This document shows positions 11,574 to 22,643 of a stretch of 64,000 bases of DNA, one piece after another. The stretch is from an uncultured Pseudomonadota bacterium (GTDB lineage: Bacteria; Pseudomonadota; Alphaproteobacteria; JACZXZ01). Under the pieces are notes generated by a model. It saw nothing but the letters and a program-made list of their open reading frames with translations, was not told where the DNA came from and searched no databases. The stretch's first letter is position 1; each line of letters opens with the position of its first letter. Both the position numbers and the translations under genes were made by a program. The DNA lies in contig CAVVLJ010000022.1 of NCBI GenBank assembly GCA_963749075.1, positions 148,216 to 212,215 of the forward strand, read 5' to 3'.

Positions 11574-12216
11574 GGCAGCACCCGCCAAGGGCCGCATCCG
11601 GCGCTCGAACGAGGAGAGCATCCTGCGCGCCGCCGAGGAGGTCTTCGCGCGCGCGGGCTTCGGCGGCGCGCGCGTGGCCGACATCGCCCGACGCGCCGGC
11701 ATCCCGCAGGCCAACCTGCATTACTATTTCAGGACCAAGCGCAGGCTCTACCGCGCCGTGCTCGAGAACATCCTCGAGCTGTGGTTAGCTGAGACCGACA
11801 TCATCCGCGCGGAGAGCGAGCCGCGGAAAGCGCTCGAGCAATACGTGCGCGCCAAGATGCGCTTCTCGCGCCGCTTCCCGAACGCCTCCAAGGTCTTCGC
11901 CAACGAGGTCATCCACGGCGCGCGCGAGATCGGTCCCTTCCTCAGGAAGGAGCTGCGCGCCCTCGTCGAGGCGAAGACGCGGGTGATCGAGCAGTGGATC
12001 AGCGCGGGCCGCATGGCGCCGCTCGACCCGCGCCACCTCTTCTTCATGATCTGGGCTGTGACCCAGACCTACGCCGATTTCGAGGGGCAGGTGCGCGCCG
12101 TGCTCGGCGTATCCGCGCTCGGCGAGCGCCAGTTCGCCCATGCGACCGAGGAGGTCGTGGGCCACGTGCTCAGGAGCTGCGGCTTGGCGCCAGCGCCGGC
12201 AGAGGATGCCGAATGA
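11548..12216 (+). CDS. TetR-family regulator, RutR-like
   Basis: [17 protein letters not shown]...[13 protein letters not shown]; [12 protein letters not shown] and [17 protein letters not shown]-domain; start uncertain (GTG 11548 or ATG 11515). Confidence 0.88.
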   Translation: MTGSSAPSKAAPAKGRIRRSNEESILRAAEEVFARAGFGGARVADIARRAGIPQANLHYYFRTKRRLYRAVLENILELWLAETDIIRAESEPRKALEQYVRAKMRFSRRFPNASKVFANEVIHGAREIGPFLRKELRALVEAKTRVIEQWISAGRMAPLDPRHLFFMIWAVTQTYADFEGQVRAVLGVSALGERQFAHATEEVVGHVLRSCGLAPAPAEDAE

Positions 12217-12297
12217 CGGTGGCGGGCCGCGGGCGGGCGGGCGCCACGATTGCAGGCGGGCTAACCTCGTCAATCGACCCCGGCGTCCGGTAGAAGC

Positions 12298-15200
12298 TCA
12301 CGAGCTGGCGGAGACCGGTCTCGCGCCGCGGCCGGACGGCGCGAACAGGGCCTCGATGTCCTCCTCGGTAATGGCGAGCGTGGCGCTACGCTCGGCGTCG
12401 AGGATGCTGGCGACGAGGTCGCGCTTCCTTGCCTTGAGCGCCTCCATCTTCTCCTCGACCGTCTCCAGCATGACGAGCTTGTGGACGAAGACCGCCTTGT
12501 TCTGGCCGATGCGGTGGGCGCGCCCGCTTGCCTGGTCCTCGACGGCGGGGTTCCACCAGGGATCGTAGAGGATGACGGTGTCGGCGGCGGTGAGGTTGAG
12601 GCCGGTGCCGCCTGCCTTCAGGCTGATGAGGAAGAGCGGCACCTCGCCCGCCTGGAACCGCCTGATCGGCGTCCCCCGCTCGCGCGTGTCGCCGGTCAGG
12701 ACGACGCGCGCGATGCCCGCTCTGTCGAGCGCCTCCTCGATGAGCGCCAGCATGGAGGTGAACTGCGAGAAGAGCAAAATGCGCCGCCCCTCCTCGACGA
12801 GCTCGGGGATCATCTCCATCAGGCGCTCGAGCTTGGCCGAGCCGGCCTTGGTGTTGCGGACGGCCTGGAGCTTGACGAGGCGCGGGTCGCAGCAGACTTG
12901 GCGGAGCTTGAGGAGCGCATCGAGAATGACGATGCTCGAGCGCGCCAGGCCCTTCGCCGCGACGGCCTCGCGAACCTTGGCGTGCATGGCAAGGCGGATG
13001 CTCTCGTAGATCGCCCGTTGCGCCGCCTCCATCTCAACCCGCTCGACGATCTCCGTCTTCGGCGGCAGCTCCAATTCGACCTCCTCCTTCGTTCGGCGCA
13101 GGAGAAAGGGCCGCACGCGCCGCGCGAGTTGCGTGCGCCGCTCGACGTCGCCGAGCTTCTCGATGGGCACGCGATAGCGGCGGTTGAAGTCCTGCCGGTC
13201 GCCGAGGAAGCCAGGTGCGAGGAAGGCGAAAAGCGACCACAGCTCGCCCAGATGGTTCTCGAGCGGCGTGCCGGAGAGGCAGAGGCGCTGGCGCGCCTCG
13301 AGCTTGGCCACGAGCCGCGTCGTCAGGGCGTTGGGGTTCTTGATGGTCTGCGCCTCGTCAAGGACGACGAGATGCCAAGCCAGTGCTGCCAGCGTCTCGT
13401 GGTCGCGCGCGAGCAGCGGATAGGTCGTGATCGCGAGGTCGTGCGAGGGAATGGCGCCGAAGCGCGCCTTGCGGTCGGCGCCATGGAGCGTCAGGAGCGA
13501 AAGTGCCGGTGCAAACCGCGCCGCCTCCATCGCCCAGTTCGTCACCAGGCTCGTCGGGCAAACCACGAGCGAGGGCCGGTCCATATGTCCTGAGGCCTTC
13601 TCGGCCGCGAGATGGGCGAGCGTCTGCACCGTCTTGCCGAGCCCCATGTCGTCGGCGAGGATGCCGCCGATGCCGGCCTTGCGAAGGAACTGCAGCCAAT
13701 CTAGGCCGCGTGCCTGGTACGGGCGCAAGGCGGCGCGGAAGTCCGGCGGCACCGTCGCTCGGGGGATGCTCCCGGTCTCGCGCAGAAGCCGGCCCAGTTC
13801 GCGCAAGCGCTCTCCGCCGCGCCAGAGCAGGCCCGCCGCGCGCGTAGCCTCCTCGAAGGCCGCGAGATCGCCGGCATCCAGTGCCGAGAAGCCGAGGCCC
13901 GTTGCCTTGCCGCCGAGGGCGCCGGCGCTGAAGAGCTCCAGGAGCGCCTTGAGGATCGGTCGAATGCGGCCGAAGGGGAGCGGCAGGATGCGTCCATCGG
14001 CGAGCGGGAGGAAGACCGGCGCATCCTTGGCCGCGCGCTCCCAAGTTGCCGCGTCGTCGGATGTTGCCACTTCGAGGAAGGCGAGCAATGCCGGCACCAG
14101 GTCGACGCGCTCGCCGTCGACCGTTGTGCCGAGCGCCAGCTCGAACCAATCGATGCCCGACCCTTCATGCAGCTCGGCTGTCACCTCGCCGGCGAACGTG
14201 GCGAACTTGACGGGGAAGTCGTCGGCGACCGCCACGGTCCAGCCTTCCGAGCGAAGCTTGGGCACCTCGAGGTAATGGAAATCGATCCACTCCCTGCCGC
14301 TCGGGCTCCCCATCAGCATGAAATCGTTGCCATGGCGGCCGGCGGAATTGGCGTACCACACGTCGGCCACGCGGCGCAGGCCGCGTGCGATCAGGCGTTG
14401 GAATGCCCTTCGCTCGCCGTCGCGGTCCCGCTTGACGGCATAGAGGCGCCCCTCGTGCGCCACCGTCGGCACCATGCTTTTGTTGGCGTGAAGAACGAGC
14501 ACCGGGCCGTAGCGGAAGGCGAGCCGGGCAAGCGGGGTCCGCACGCGCTCTCGGTCGGCCGCGCTCGAGTGCGAGCCGATGCGGCCATAACCGTACGGGT
14601 TTGCGGCAAGCTCGCCGACGAAGAGCTCGAGATGGGGGAGCGGCGGTGCCCGCAGGGGCTCCGGCGGCGCCATGGGGGCCGGCCAGGCGGCTTCCAGCGC
14701 CGGCAGCCGCTTCGCCAGCTCGGCGCGGACGAGCCCCGCGGCGGCGGCCGTAACCGGCGGTGCGGCCAGGAGCGTATCCGCGAGCGGTTGCGGGCAGTCG
14801 AGCTCGAGCGGACCGAGCACGCCGCGTGCCGCGTCGACATACCAAGCGGGCGCCAGGCGAAACGCTTCGAAACCGCTCTCCGTCTCGACCGCGAGTTGCT
14901 GGGTGCCGTCTTCGCCAAGGCGCCAAGCGAGCCGCCCGGGCCACGCGCGGCCTTCGCTCACCGCTGGCCCCTCGATGGATTTCCAGCGCGCCCGCCCGGT
15001 TGCGATGATCTGGCGCAGCGTCTCGACGCCCTCGGCGCCTTCGAGGCGACGGCCGCCGGCGCCATAGTAATACGAGGGGCCGGCCACGAGGCGCCGCATG
15101 ATGCGCCGGTCGGAAGGGCGGAGGAATTTGGCCGGCTTCGGCTGATGGATGTTCTGCGGCGACCAGCGGCTCGCATTCGCTGCGTAGGACCCGTCCTTGC

Positions 15201-15774
15201 GCAGGCGGGCGGACATGGGAGCGACGTTCAGGGCGGGGATGCCCTGCACCGGCGCGTCGAGGCTGAGCACATAGACAAGGCGCTGTCGCACCTCCGGAGG
15301 GTAGTCTTCATTTCCGCCGTCGCGCGCCTCATCGAGCGCCCGCAGCCAGGCAGCGATGTCGGGCGGCGCCGCGGGTGATGCGTCATTCTCCTTCGTCTCG
15401 GCAAGTGCTGCTGTGCGAGGGACGGTGGTGTCCTCGGCGTTGTCCGGGAGGCGCAACGAAAGGGTCTCGGGCGCGGCGACGATGCCGCGCCCCTCCAAGA
15501 CCGCCATCAGGGCGGCGGCGACATGCTTGCAGTTGAACCCCACCGGGCACGAGCACGTGCCCTCGATCTCGACGAGCCCGCCGGGATAGGTGCTGAGGGA
15601 GATGTCTTGCGCATAGGGGCGGCGCGCCGAACCTTGCACCTTGGACGTGACCACGGCGCCGTCCGCCGAGAGCGCGGTCGCGAGTACGTTGCCCAGTCTC
15701 AGATATTCGCGTGCCTTGGCGAAGGCATTTCGCGAAACCGCATCGCGGACGTCGTCAAGGGTGAACGCGATCAT
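12298..15774 (-). CDS. SWIM zinc finger - SNF2 family helicase
   Basis: CSCPVGFNCKH; LADDMGLGKT; LDEAQ; SGTPLENH; SLKAGGTGLNL; QASGRAHRIGQ. Confidence 0.93.
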   Translation of the reverse strand: MIAFTLDDVRDAVSRNAFAKAREYLRLGNVLATALSADGAVVTSKVQGSARRPYAQDISLSTYPGGLVEIEGTCSCPVGFNCKHVAAALMAVLEGRGIVAAPETLSLRLPDNAEDTTVPRTAALAETKENDASPAAPPDIAAWLRALDEARDGGNEDYPPEVRQRLVYVLSLDAPVQGIPALNVAPMSARLRKDGSYAANASRWSPQNIHQPKPAKFLRPSDRRIMRRLVAGPSYYYGAGGRRLEGAEGVETLRQIIATGRARWKSIEGPAVSEGRAWPGRLAWRLGEDGTQQLAVETESGFEAFRLAPAWYVDAARGVLGPLELDCPQPLADTLLAAPPVTAAAAGLVRAELAKRLPALEAAWPAPMAPPEPLRAPPLPHLELFVGELAANPYGYGRIGSHSSAADRERVRTPLARLAFRYGPVLVLHANKSMVPTVAHEGRLYAVKRDRDGERRAFQRLIARGLRRVADVWYANSAGRHGNDFMLMGSPSGREWIDFHYLEVPKLRSEGWTVAVADDFPVKFATFAGEVTAELHEGSGIDWFELALGTTVDGERVDLVPALLAFLEVATSDDAATWERAAKDAPVFLPLADGRILPLPFGRIRPILKALLELFSAGALGGKATGLGFSALDAGDLAAFEEATRAAGLLWRGGERLRELGRLLRETGSIPRATVPPDFRAALRPYQARGLDWLQFLRKAGIGGILADDMGLGKTVQTLAHLAAEKASGHMDRPSLVVCPTSLVTNWAMEAARFAPALSLLTLHGADRKARFGAIPSHDLAITTYPLLARDHETLAALAWHLVVLDEAQTIKNPNALTTRLVAKLEARQRLCLSGTPLENHLGELWSLFAFLAPGFLGDRQDFNRRYRVPIEKLGDVERRTQLARRVRPFLLRRTKEEVELELPPKTEIVERVEMEAAQRAIYESIRLAMHAKVREAVAAKGLARSSIVILDALLKLRQVCCDPRLVKLQAVRNTKAGSAKLERLMEMIPELVEEGRRILLFSQFTSMLALIEEALDRAGIARVVLTGDTRERGTPIRRFQAGEVPLFLISLKAGGTGLNLTAADTVILYDPWWNPAVEDQASGRAHRIGQNKAVFVHKLVMLETVEEKMEALKARKRDLVASILDAERSATLAITEEDIEALFAPSGRGARPVSASS

Positions 15775-15869
15775 AGAGGCTGTCAGCGGACGGAATGCAT
15801 CAAAACGCCATCTCGACCTATCCGGACCGTGCGGTCAAGTGTGAGCGGGGCGCTCGCCGCGAGCCGAAT

Positions 15870-16787
15870 CTAGCCCCCGCGCTCGAGCCGGATGAGCGCC
15901 TCCTCGATGAGCGGGCGCGCGCGGGCGACCACGTCCTCGCCGGCCGCGATGCTCTCGGCCGCGCGGTCGAACTGCAGGATGCCGATGTTGCCGAGCCTGG
16001 GCGCCAGGAGGACGTCCGGCGGGTCGCCCGCAAGGCGGGAGCGGCTGATGCGGTCCTGCACGATCTGCAGCGAGCGCGCCATCACGGAAAGGATGCTGGG
16101 CTCGTCGGCTCGCTGGCGGAAGAGCTGGCGGGCGAGGTCGGCGCCGGGCAGGTTCTTGAGCCGGCGCACGATGTCGCGCTCGTCGTCGATCGCGAGCTCC
16201 CGCGCTGTGCGGAAGCGCAGCGTGCCGAAGGTATCCGCATTGAGGTTGACCGCGATGACGAGCCGCGCGCCGAGCGCCCGGCAGAGCGAGACGGGAATCG
16301 GGTTGACGAGGGCACCGTCGAGGAGCCAGCGGCCGCCGATCTTGACCGGCGGCAGCACGCCGGGCAGCGCATAGGAGGCGCGCACGGCCTCGAGCAGGCT
16401 GCCCTTCTGCAGCCAGACCTCGCGGCCGCTCTCGAGATCGGTGGCGACGCAGGCGAAGCGGCAGGCGAGCTTCTCGATGCGCAGGTCGTGGAGCTCCTGG
16501 TCGAAGATCTGCATGATGCGGCGGCCGGCGATCAAGCCGCCGTGGCCCAGGCGGAAATCGAACATGCGCGAAAGCCGCAGCCTGTTGAGCGCCCGCGCCC
16601 AGGCCTCGAGCTCGCCGAGCCGGCCGCCGAGATGCACCCCGCCGATGAGGGCGCCGATCGAGGTGCCGCAGACGATGCCGGGCTGGACACCCATGCGGGC
16701 GAGCTCGCGGATGATGCCGATATGCGCCCAGCCGCGGGCGACGCCGCTGCCGAGCGCCAGGCCGATCTCCGGGTTCGCCGCCGCCAT
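15870..16787 (-). CDS. Patatin-like phospholipase (RssA-like)
   Basis: GSGVARG, GTSIG, DGAL motifs. Confidence 0.9.
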   Translation of the reverse strand: MAAANPEIGLALGSGVARGWAHIGIIRELARMGVQPGIVCGTSIGALIGGVHLGGRLGELEAWARALNRLRLSRMFDFRLGHGGLIAGRRIMQIFDQELHDLRIEKLACRFACVATDLESGREVWLQKGSLLEAVRASYALPGVLPPVKIGGRWLLDGALVNPIPVSLCRALGARLVIAVNLNADTFGTLRFRTARELAIDDERDIVRRLKNLPGADLARQLFRQRADEPSILSVMARSLQIVQDRISRSRLAGDPPDVLLAPRLGNIGILQFDRAAESIAAGEDVVARARPLIEEALIRLERGG

Positions 16788-16966
16788 CCTTTGCCACCCT
16801 CAGGGCCGCCGTACCATGTCCTCGACATTACCGCAGAATCGGCAGGAACGTGGACGCCATTGCAGCGCCGCCGGCGCCGAGGCAGCGCCGGCCGTCCCTG
16901 CCGCATCTTGCGGTCGCCCGCGCGACGCGCCATGATCGGCCGCGTCAAAGAGGGAAGGGGACAACG

Positions 16967-17758
16967 ATGAGGCCCAATAACGTTCAAGCGGTCTGGAGCA
17001 AGAGCGGCGCCGTGGTCAATGGCTGGCTCGGCATTCCGAACAGCTTCTCGGCCGAGGTCATGGCGACGCTCGGCTGGGATTCGCTGGTCATCGACCTGCA
17101 GCACGGGCTGATCGACTATCAGACCGCGGTCACCATGATGCAGGCGATCTCGACGACCGCCACCACGCCGCTCGTGCGCGTGCCGTGGAACGACCCCGCC
17201 ATCATCATGAAATGCCTCGACGCCGGCGCCTACGGCGTCATCTGCCCGATGATCAACGACCGCGAGGAGGCGGAGCGCTTCGTGGGCGCCTGCCGCTATC
17301 CGCCCAAGGGCTACCGCAGCTCTGGCCCCATCCGCGGCATGATCTACGGCGGCAGCGACTACCAGACCAAGGCCGACGAGACGATCGTGACGCTGGCCAT
17401 GATCGAGACGGCGGACGGGGTGAAGAACCTCGATGCCATCTGCTCGACGCCGGGCCTCGACGCCGTCTATATCGGGCCCAATGATCTCTCGCTGACCCAC
17501 GGCGGCAAGGGCGGGCTCGACGCGACCGACCCGATGGTCGTGGCCCTCATCGACCGCATCCTCGCGGCGGCCAAGCGCAATGGCATCAAGGCCGGCATCC
17601 ACACCGGCAGCGTCGCCTATGCCAAGGCCATGATCGCCAAGGGCTTCGATTTCGTGACCGTGCTGAGCGACAACCGCATCCTCGCGCAACTCGGCCGCCA
17701 GGTGGTGGAGGAGATGCGCGGCGGCGCTGCCAAGAAGGGCCCGGGCGGCGTCTATTGA
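16967..17758 (+). CDS. HpcH/HpaI aldolase family protein
   Basis: [39 protein letters not shown]. Confidence 0.9.
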   Translation: MRPNNVQAVWSKSGAVVNGWLGIPNSFSAEVMATLGWDSLVIDLQHGLIDYQTAVTMMQAISTTATTPLVRVPWNDPAIIMKCLDAGAYGVICPMINDREEAERFVGACRYPPKGYRSSGPIRGMIYGGSDYQTKADETIVTLAMIETADGVKNLDAICSTPGLDAVYIGPNDLSLTHGGKGGLDATDPMVVALIDRILAAAKRNGIKAGIHTGSVAYAKAMIAKGFDFVTVLSDNRILAQLGRQVVEEMRGGAAKKGPGGVY

Positions 17759-17793
17759 GGCGGCCCTGCGGCGCGAGCCGGGGAGGTTCTGTC

Positions 17794-18612
17794 ATGTCGA
17801 GAGCCTTGCAAGCGGAAAGCGGCCGAGCATTGCGGGACGAGTCCGCGGCGGCCGTGCGGGCGCGCATCCGGTGCGGCGACTATCGCGGCCAGACCTCGGG
17901 CCTGGCGCCGGGCAACGTGCAGGGCAACGTCGCCATCCTGCCGGCCGATTGGGCCGACGAGTTCCTGCGCTTCTGCCTACAAAACCCCAAGCCCTGTCCG
18001 GTTCTCGCCGTGGGCCGGCCGGGCGACCCGATGCTCCCCACCCTCGGCCGCGACATCGACATCCGCAGCGACCTGCCGCGCTACCGCGTCTTCCGCGACG
18101 GTATGGAGATCGACAGCCCGCACGACGCGCGGCGCTGGTGGCGCGAAGATCTCGTCACCTTCGTGCTCGGCTGCTCCTTCTCCTTCGAGGAGGCGCTCCT
18201 GGAGGGCGGGCTTCGCTTGCGTCACGTCGAGGAGGGCATCGGCGTGCCGATGTTCCGCACCAGCATCGACACGGTGCCGACCGAGCGCCTCAGCGGCAAG
18301 CTCGTCGTCTCCATGCGGCCCTTCCGGCCGGCCGACGCCATCCGCGCCGTGCAGATCACCTCGCGCTTCCCGAGCGTGCATGGGGCGCCCGTGCACATCG
18401 GCCTGCCGCAGGCGATCGGCATCGCCGACGTGGCCAAGCCCGATTTCGGCGACGCGGTCGCCGTGCACGCGGACGAGCTGCCGGTCTTCTGGGCCTGCGG
18501 GGTGACGCCGCAAGCGGTGATCGAGGCGGCGCGGCCGCCCTTCTCGATCACGCACTATCCGGGACATATGCTGGTCACGGACCTCGTCAACGCCGAGCTC
18601 GCAGCACTCTGA
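17794..18612 (+). CDS. DUF1445 putative hydro-lyase / D-glutamate cyclase family
   Basis: [46 protein letters not shown]. Confidence 0.88.
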   Translation: MSRALQAESGRALRDESAAAVRARIRCGDYRGQTSGLAPGNVQGNVAILPADWADEFLRFCLQNPKPCPVLAVGRPGDPMLPTLGRDIDIRSDLPRYRVFRDGMEIDSPHDARRWWREDLVTFVLGCSFSFEEALLEGGLRLRHVEEGIGVPMFRTSIDTVPTERLSGKLVVSMRPFRPADAIRAVQITSRFPSVHGAPVHIGLPQAIGIADVAKPDFGDAVAVHADELPVFWACGVTPQAVIEAARPPFSITHYPGHMLVTDLVNAELAAL

Positions 18613-18673
18613 GGGGAGCCGCGCTCGCGGCGGATGGCCGGCTGCGCCGGCGGGCGATAAGGTGTTTGATTTT

Positions 18674-18699
18674 TGTAACCAGATACGTTATACGTTACA
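18674..18699. promoter_or_regulatory. Probable HigA operator/promoter
   Basis: TGTAAC ... GTTATA/GTTACA inverted half-sites immediately before higB. Confidence 0.5.
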
Positions 18700-18702
18700 T
18701 CT

Positions 18703-18981
18703 GTGATTTTGAGGTTCCGTCATAAGGGGCTGGAACGGCTGTTCGCGACCGGCGACACCAGGGGAATCAGCACACAGCATGCCGAATGGATTCGCGTGCT
18801 GCTGACCACCCTGAACACCAGCAGAAACCCCGCCGACATGAATCTGCCGGGGTTCCGGCTTCATCCCCTGAAAGGCAAGCGCAAAGGGCAATGGGCGGTG
18901 TCGGTATCCGGGAATTGGCGGCTGGTGTTTGAATTTGACGGCGAGAACGCCACCAATGTTGACTTGGTTGATTATCACTGA
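18703..18981 (+). CDS. higB: HigB-like RelE/ParE toxin (plasmid maintenance killer type)
   Basis: FRHKGLERLF, PGFRLHPLKG, WAVSVSGNWRLVFEF, VDLVDYH. Confidence 0.92.
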   Translation: MILRFRHKGLERLFATGDTRGISTQHAEWIRVLLTTLNTSRNPADMNLPGFRLHPLKGKRKGQWAVSVSGNWRLVFEFDGENATNVDLVDYH

Positions 18982-18998
18982 CGAAAGGAGATTGAACC

Positions 18999-19295
18999 AT
19001 GAAGATGCACAATCCGGTACATCCCGGCGAAGTCATCCGGGAGGCTTGTCTTAAGGCGCTTGGCTTGAGCGTCACCGAGGCAGCCAAGGGCTTGGGGGTC
19101 ACGCGCAAGGCGCTGTCCGAGCTGTTGAACGGCCATAGCGGCGTGTCGCCCGAGATGGCGATCCGGCTTGAAAAAGCCGGATGGAGCACGGCCGAGACGT
19201 GGCTCCGGATGCAGATGCAGCATGACCTGTGGCACGCGCAGCAGAAAGCGAAAAGCCTCAAGGTTGCACGGTTCCGGCAGCACACTGTGGCTTGA
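18999..19295 (+). CDS. higA: HigA antitoxin (XRE HTH)
   Basis: [13 protein letters not shown]...[23 protein letters not shown]...SPEMAIRL. Confidence 0.92.
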   Translation: MKMHNPVHPGEVIREACLKALGLSVTEAAKGLGVTRKALSELLNGHSGVSPEMAIRLEKAGWSTAETWLRMQMQHDLWHAQQKAKSLKVARFRQHTVA

Positions 19296-19503
19296 CCCAG
19301 CGGGGCGGTGACGGCTCCGTCGCGTTGGTGCCATAACAGCGGGCGTGATGGTTATGCGTCAGCCGTGACAAACCCACATGCCAGATCAACCGCGTCGGCC
19401 TTGCTGGTGAACTCCGAAGGCCGCCTGATCCTATCTGGAGGGCTGGTCATCTGGCGGATTTCAGAATATGCCTGGGCATGAGTAATTTGCCGGGGGCTGG
19501 TCA

Positions 19504-19797
19504 ATGCGAGTGACAGCTTGGTCCGACGGCGGCGTGGGATACGGCCTTCGTATCGGCCCGCTAAACCGGAAGCTCTACTTCCGTCGGTCATGGCGGAACA
19601 TCACTGTCGAGATTGACGGCCGCCCAATAGAGTTACGATTAGCCAGTAGCTTCTGGCGGTCGTGCCCGGAGATTAGGGGAAAACCAATCGCGGACTGGTT
19701 TCAAGCGAATGGATTTGCCACATGGTCCAAGGGCCATCCTCCGCCGTTCGATTTGGTGCCGATCGGCGAACAGAAGTTTCGATTGATGCGCTATTGA
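19504..19797 (+). CDS. Small hypothetical protein (97 aa)
   Basis: Globular, Trp-rich ORF in a low-GC block; no recognised motif. Confidence 0.65.
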   Translation: MRVTAWSDGGVGYGLRIGPLNRKLYFRRSWRNITVEIDGRPIELRLASSFWRSCPEIRGKPIADWFQANGFATWSKGHPPPFDLVPIGEQKFRLMRY

Positions 19798-19916
19798 TCC
19801 TATGAGCACTCCAGATTTTGACTCACGCCATGAGGCGCACTTGGCCCGCCATCTGACACTTGCGCTAATGGTTATGTTGGGCATCACGGGCATCGCAAAT
19901 GCCGACAGTCTGACTA

Positions 19917-20740
19917 GGGTCTGTACCCACATAATGTCTTGAAAAAGTTTTGTGATTGTGATTCACCGTGATTGGAGGTGGATCATGCGGTTTGATTTGA
20001 GCGATGAGGAATGGGCGGTTCTTGAGCCGTTGATGCCGGCCCTTCGCAAGAAGGCGCGAGAGGATGATCGCCGGATCATGAATGGCATCTTCTACGTGCT
20101 GCGCACCGGCATGCCGTGGCGAGATTTGCCGGAGCGCTATGGGCCTTGCACGACGGTCTACAATCGCTTCAACCGCTGGTCTCGCCGCGGCATCTGGAAG
20201 CGGATGTTCGACGCACTGGCCGCGACATCGCGCGATAGCCTCTATCTGATCGACAGCACCATCGTGAAAGCGCACCGCGCGGCGAGCGGCGCAAAAGGGG
20301 GGAGAAAAATCAGGCGATCGGCATCAGCCGGGGCGGGCGCAGCACGAAAATCCACGCAGTCGTCGACGGCAAAGGCCGCCCGCTGAACTTCATCGTCACG
20401 GGCGCACAGGTCCATGACAGCCAAGTCGTCGAAGCGGTACTGGACACGCCCAAGCCGCCCCTCGCCGTCGCGGCCGACAAGGCTTATGACAGCCAAAAGG
20501 TCCGCCAGCAGATCAGGGACGAAGGTGCCTTGCCCGTCATCCCCAGCCGCAGCAATGCCACCAAGAAAGCCTATTGTCCCAAGCGCATCTATCGCAGGCG
20601 CCACAAGATCGAAAATTACTTCTGCCGCATCAAGGATTGGCGGCGCATCGCAACCCGATACGACAAGCTGGCCAGAAACTTCCTTGCCGCCGCAGCTCTC
20701 GTCGGAGCACTCTACTGGATCAAATTGTGAGTCCAGACCC
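19917..20740 (+). mobile_element. IS5-family insertion sequence (IS427-like), 824 bp
   Basis: Terminal IRs GGGTCTGTACCCACA / GGGTCTGGACTCACA (rc); TA duplication at 19915-16 and 20741-42. Confidence 0.93.
19985..20730 (+). CDS. IS5-family transposase, two overlapping ORFs joined by a probable programmed frameshift
   Basis: LSDEEW...LRTGMPWRDLPERYG...IDSTIVKAH; AAAAGGGGGG at 20293-20302; ADKAYDS and IENYFCRIKDWRRIATRYDK in the second frame. Confidence 0.9.
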
Positions 20741-21229
20741 TAATCAGTTGATCCAACTCGGCGCATCAAGAGCGCGTGACTGCCTGAAAGTCGCGGCGAG
20801 CGCTGGCCCATACAAAGCTGACCACATGCATTCTTACGCCGACTGTCTAAAGTCGATTGCTTTCCCGATTCAGTATTCCTCCGACAAGGAGAAGGTTGTC
20901 GATTCCGGCATTTTCATTGCCGGTCGCTACATTATGAAACGTGAGTTCGGCGAAATAGACCAGAAAACATACGGGACGCTGGGAAGGGATCAGTTCAACG
21001 AAATCGACGCCAGTTATAAGTGGGCCTTGGCGTATCTCAAAGAACGGGGATCGGGGAAAGATGCAGCCTGTGCTGCCATTGGGTGGGTGGACTGCAACGT
21101 GATACCGTGATTGCAGCAGCGCCACGCATCAACCGAGGCCAGCGCGCGCCAGGGCCTTAGCTCCATCGAGGCAGAAGGATTCCCCTCCCTTTCTATATGT
21201 GTCCTTTATCAGACATTTAGAGCCAAGAC

Positions 21230-22027
21230 ATGCGCCGCCCCCTGAATCCCCGGATAACGAACATCGCTCACGACGCTGACGTTCTCGATCGGGACGGGAG
21301 TGCAAGGGATGCTCTGGTTGATCGCTTCCTTGCGCTATCCGTGGCGCGGACGTTGGCGGTGGTTATACCGGGAGGGGTTCGCCAGCAGGTTCAACACCCT
21401 CATACGCCTGCCGAGGTGAAGGGCGCGGTGCTGCCTCAGATTTTCAACCTTCGCCCCGGGCTGAATACATCGCAACAGGATACCCGGCGGCGCATTCTTG
21501 CAGTGCTACAGGGTAACGCCCGGCCAGAAACACACGCTGCCGACGCATCGTACCTTTCAGAGGCTGTCGAAACCGGCTGCGGTTACTTCATCGCTCGCGA
21601 CAAACGCTTTTTCAAAAAGCGCGAGGAGCTTCATGAGATATTGCCGCCGTCCCTCAACATTGTGACGTTGGAGGAGTTTTTTGGAATCTTCGACGATTAC
21701 GAGACGCAGGGGCGGGGACGAACCTCGATGAGGTGGAGCGGATGGGGATTTGAATCGGAGAACGCTGCAATGGATCACTTCCCAATTGATCAATTCGATG
21801 TCGATCTCTCAGAACGCAAGGTGCTTCATAAGCCATCAGGAATCTGTTTCTCATTCGGAGTGTACACCAATGAGGAGGACTGGCAGAAAGCGGACAGCGT
21901 AAAATTCAGAGACAATCCTAATTTTACAGGAGATCGCATGGCGCTCGCTGCTGCCGCTAAGGCCGCAGCAATTGCCAAAGGCATGAAGGCGAAGCGCCCA
22001 AACGCGGACATTGCGGGGCGTTCCTAA
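21230..22027 (+). CDS. PIN-like domain protein, possibly fused to a second small ORF
   Basis: N-terminal DADVLD and HAADASYLSEA...YFIARDK acidic pattern of PIN folds; an unrelated-looking C-part begins MDHFPIDQF. Confidence 0.55.
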   Translation: MRRPLNPRITNIAHDADVLDRDGSARDALVDRFLALSVARTLAVVIPGGVRQQVQHPHTPAEVKGAVLPQIFNLRPGLNTSQQDTRRRILAVLQGNARPETHAADASYLSEAVETGCGYFIARDKRFFKKREELHEILPPSLNIVTLEEFFGIFDDYETQGRGRTSMRWSGWGFESENAAMDHFPIDQFDVDLSERKVLHKPSGICFSFGVYTNEEDWQKADSVKFRDNPNFTGDRMALAAAAKAAAIAKGMKAKRPNADIAGRS

Positions 22028-22099
22028 CTGCCTGCGCCGGGGGCGGGCGCTGGCCAACTTGTTCGGCACAGTAGACTAAGCTCGGTTTTGCGAGCGGAT

Positions 22100-22549
22100 A
22101 TGAGCACCCAAGACCCTAGCGAACAACGACGACTGCGGCGGCTGAGCCTAGGCTGGCACTGGCTCTGGTTTCTTCCGTTTTGCGTGGTCGTGGTGTCGCT
22201 GGTTGAGCGGCATACGGTCACCTACGCCTTCGCAGTCCTCAAGCTGGGCTGGCAACGCTGGTCGTGGGGTGGCGTGCTCTCGCCGTCGGCGTTCTTCTGT
22301 CTGATCGTGGTTTTGGCCTCGGTTATTTGGCCGGTTCTCGGCCTAGGTTTTGTCGCCCTCCTCGTCGCGGCGAGACAGCGCTGGCGCTATTCGGTGCTTC
22401 TGATCGTTGTTGGGATATTCCTGCTTCCTTTTATCGCCGATGCTCTGATGTGGGGATCATTCCCCTTCACATTCGACGACGAGGGGGTTGCACGATTAAG
22501 GATGATCCCCTTCGTTCCGTGGCCAAGCGCTCACTTCGGGGAATACTGA
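22100..22549 (+). CDS. Hypothetical membrane protein
   Basis: Three to four hydrophobic segments. Confidence 0.6.
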   Translation: MSTQDPSEQRRLRRLSLGWHWLWFLPFCVVVVSLVERHTVTYAFAVLKLGWQRWSWGGVLSPSAFFCLIVVLASVIWPVLGLGFVALLVAARQRWRYSVLLIVVGIFLLPFIADALMWGSFPFTFDDEGVARLRMIPFVPWPSAHFGEY

Positions 22550-22643
22550 CCGCGCTCGCGGCGCGTGAGGTGCAACGCGGGCCTTCGGCGGCCTGTTTTC
22601 GGGGAACGCGAAAGGCACTATACGGAAGATCGTGGCTAGGCGG

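Larger units (their letters stand above)
19802..21110 (+). pseudogene. Secreted hypothetical protein (160 aa reconstructed) interrupted by an IS5-family element
   Basis: Removing the IS and one TA gives in-frame MSTPDF...LALMVMLGITGIANADSLT-NQLIQLGASRARDCLK...DCNVIP*. Confidence 0.8.
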
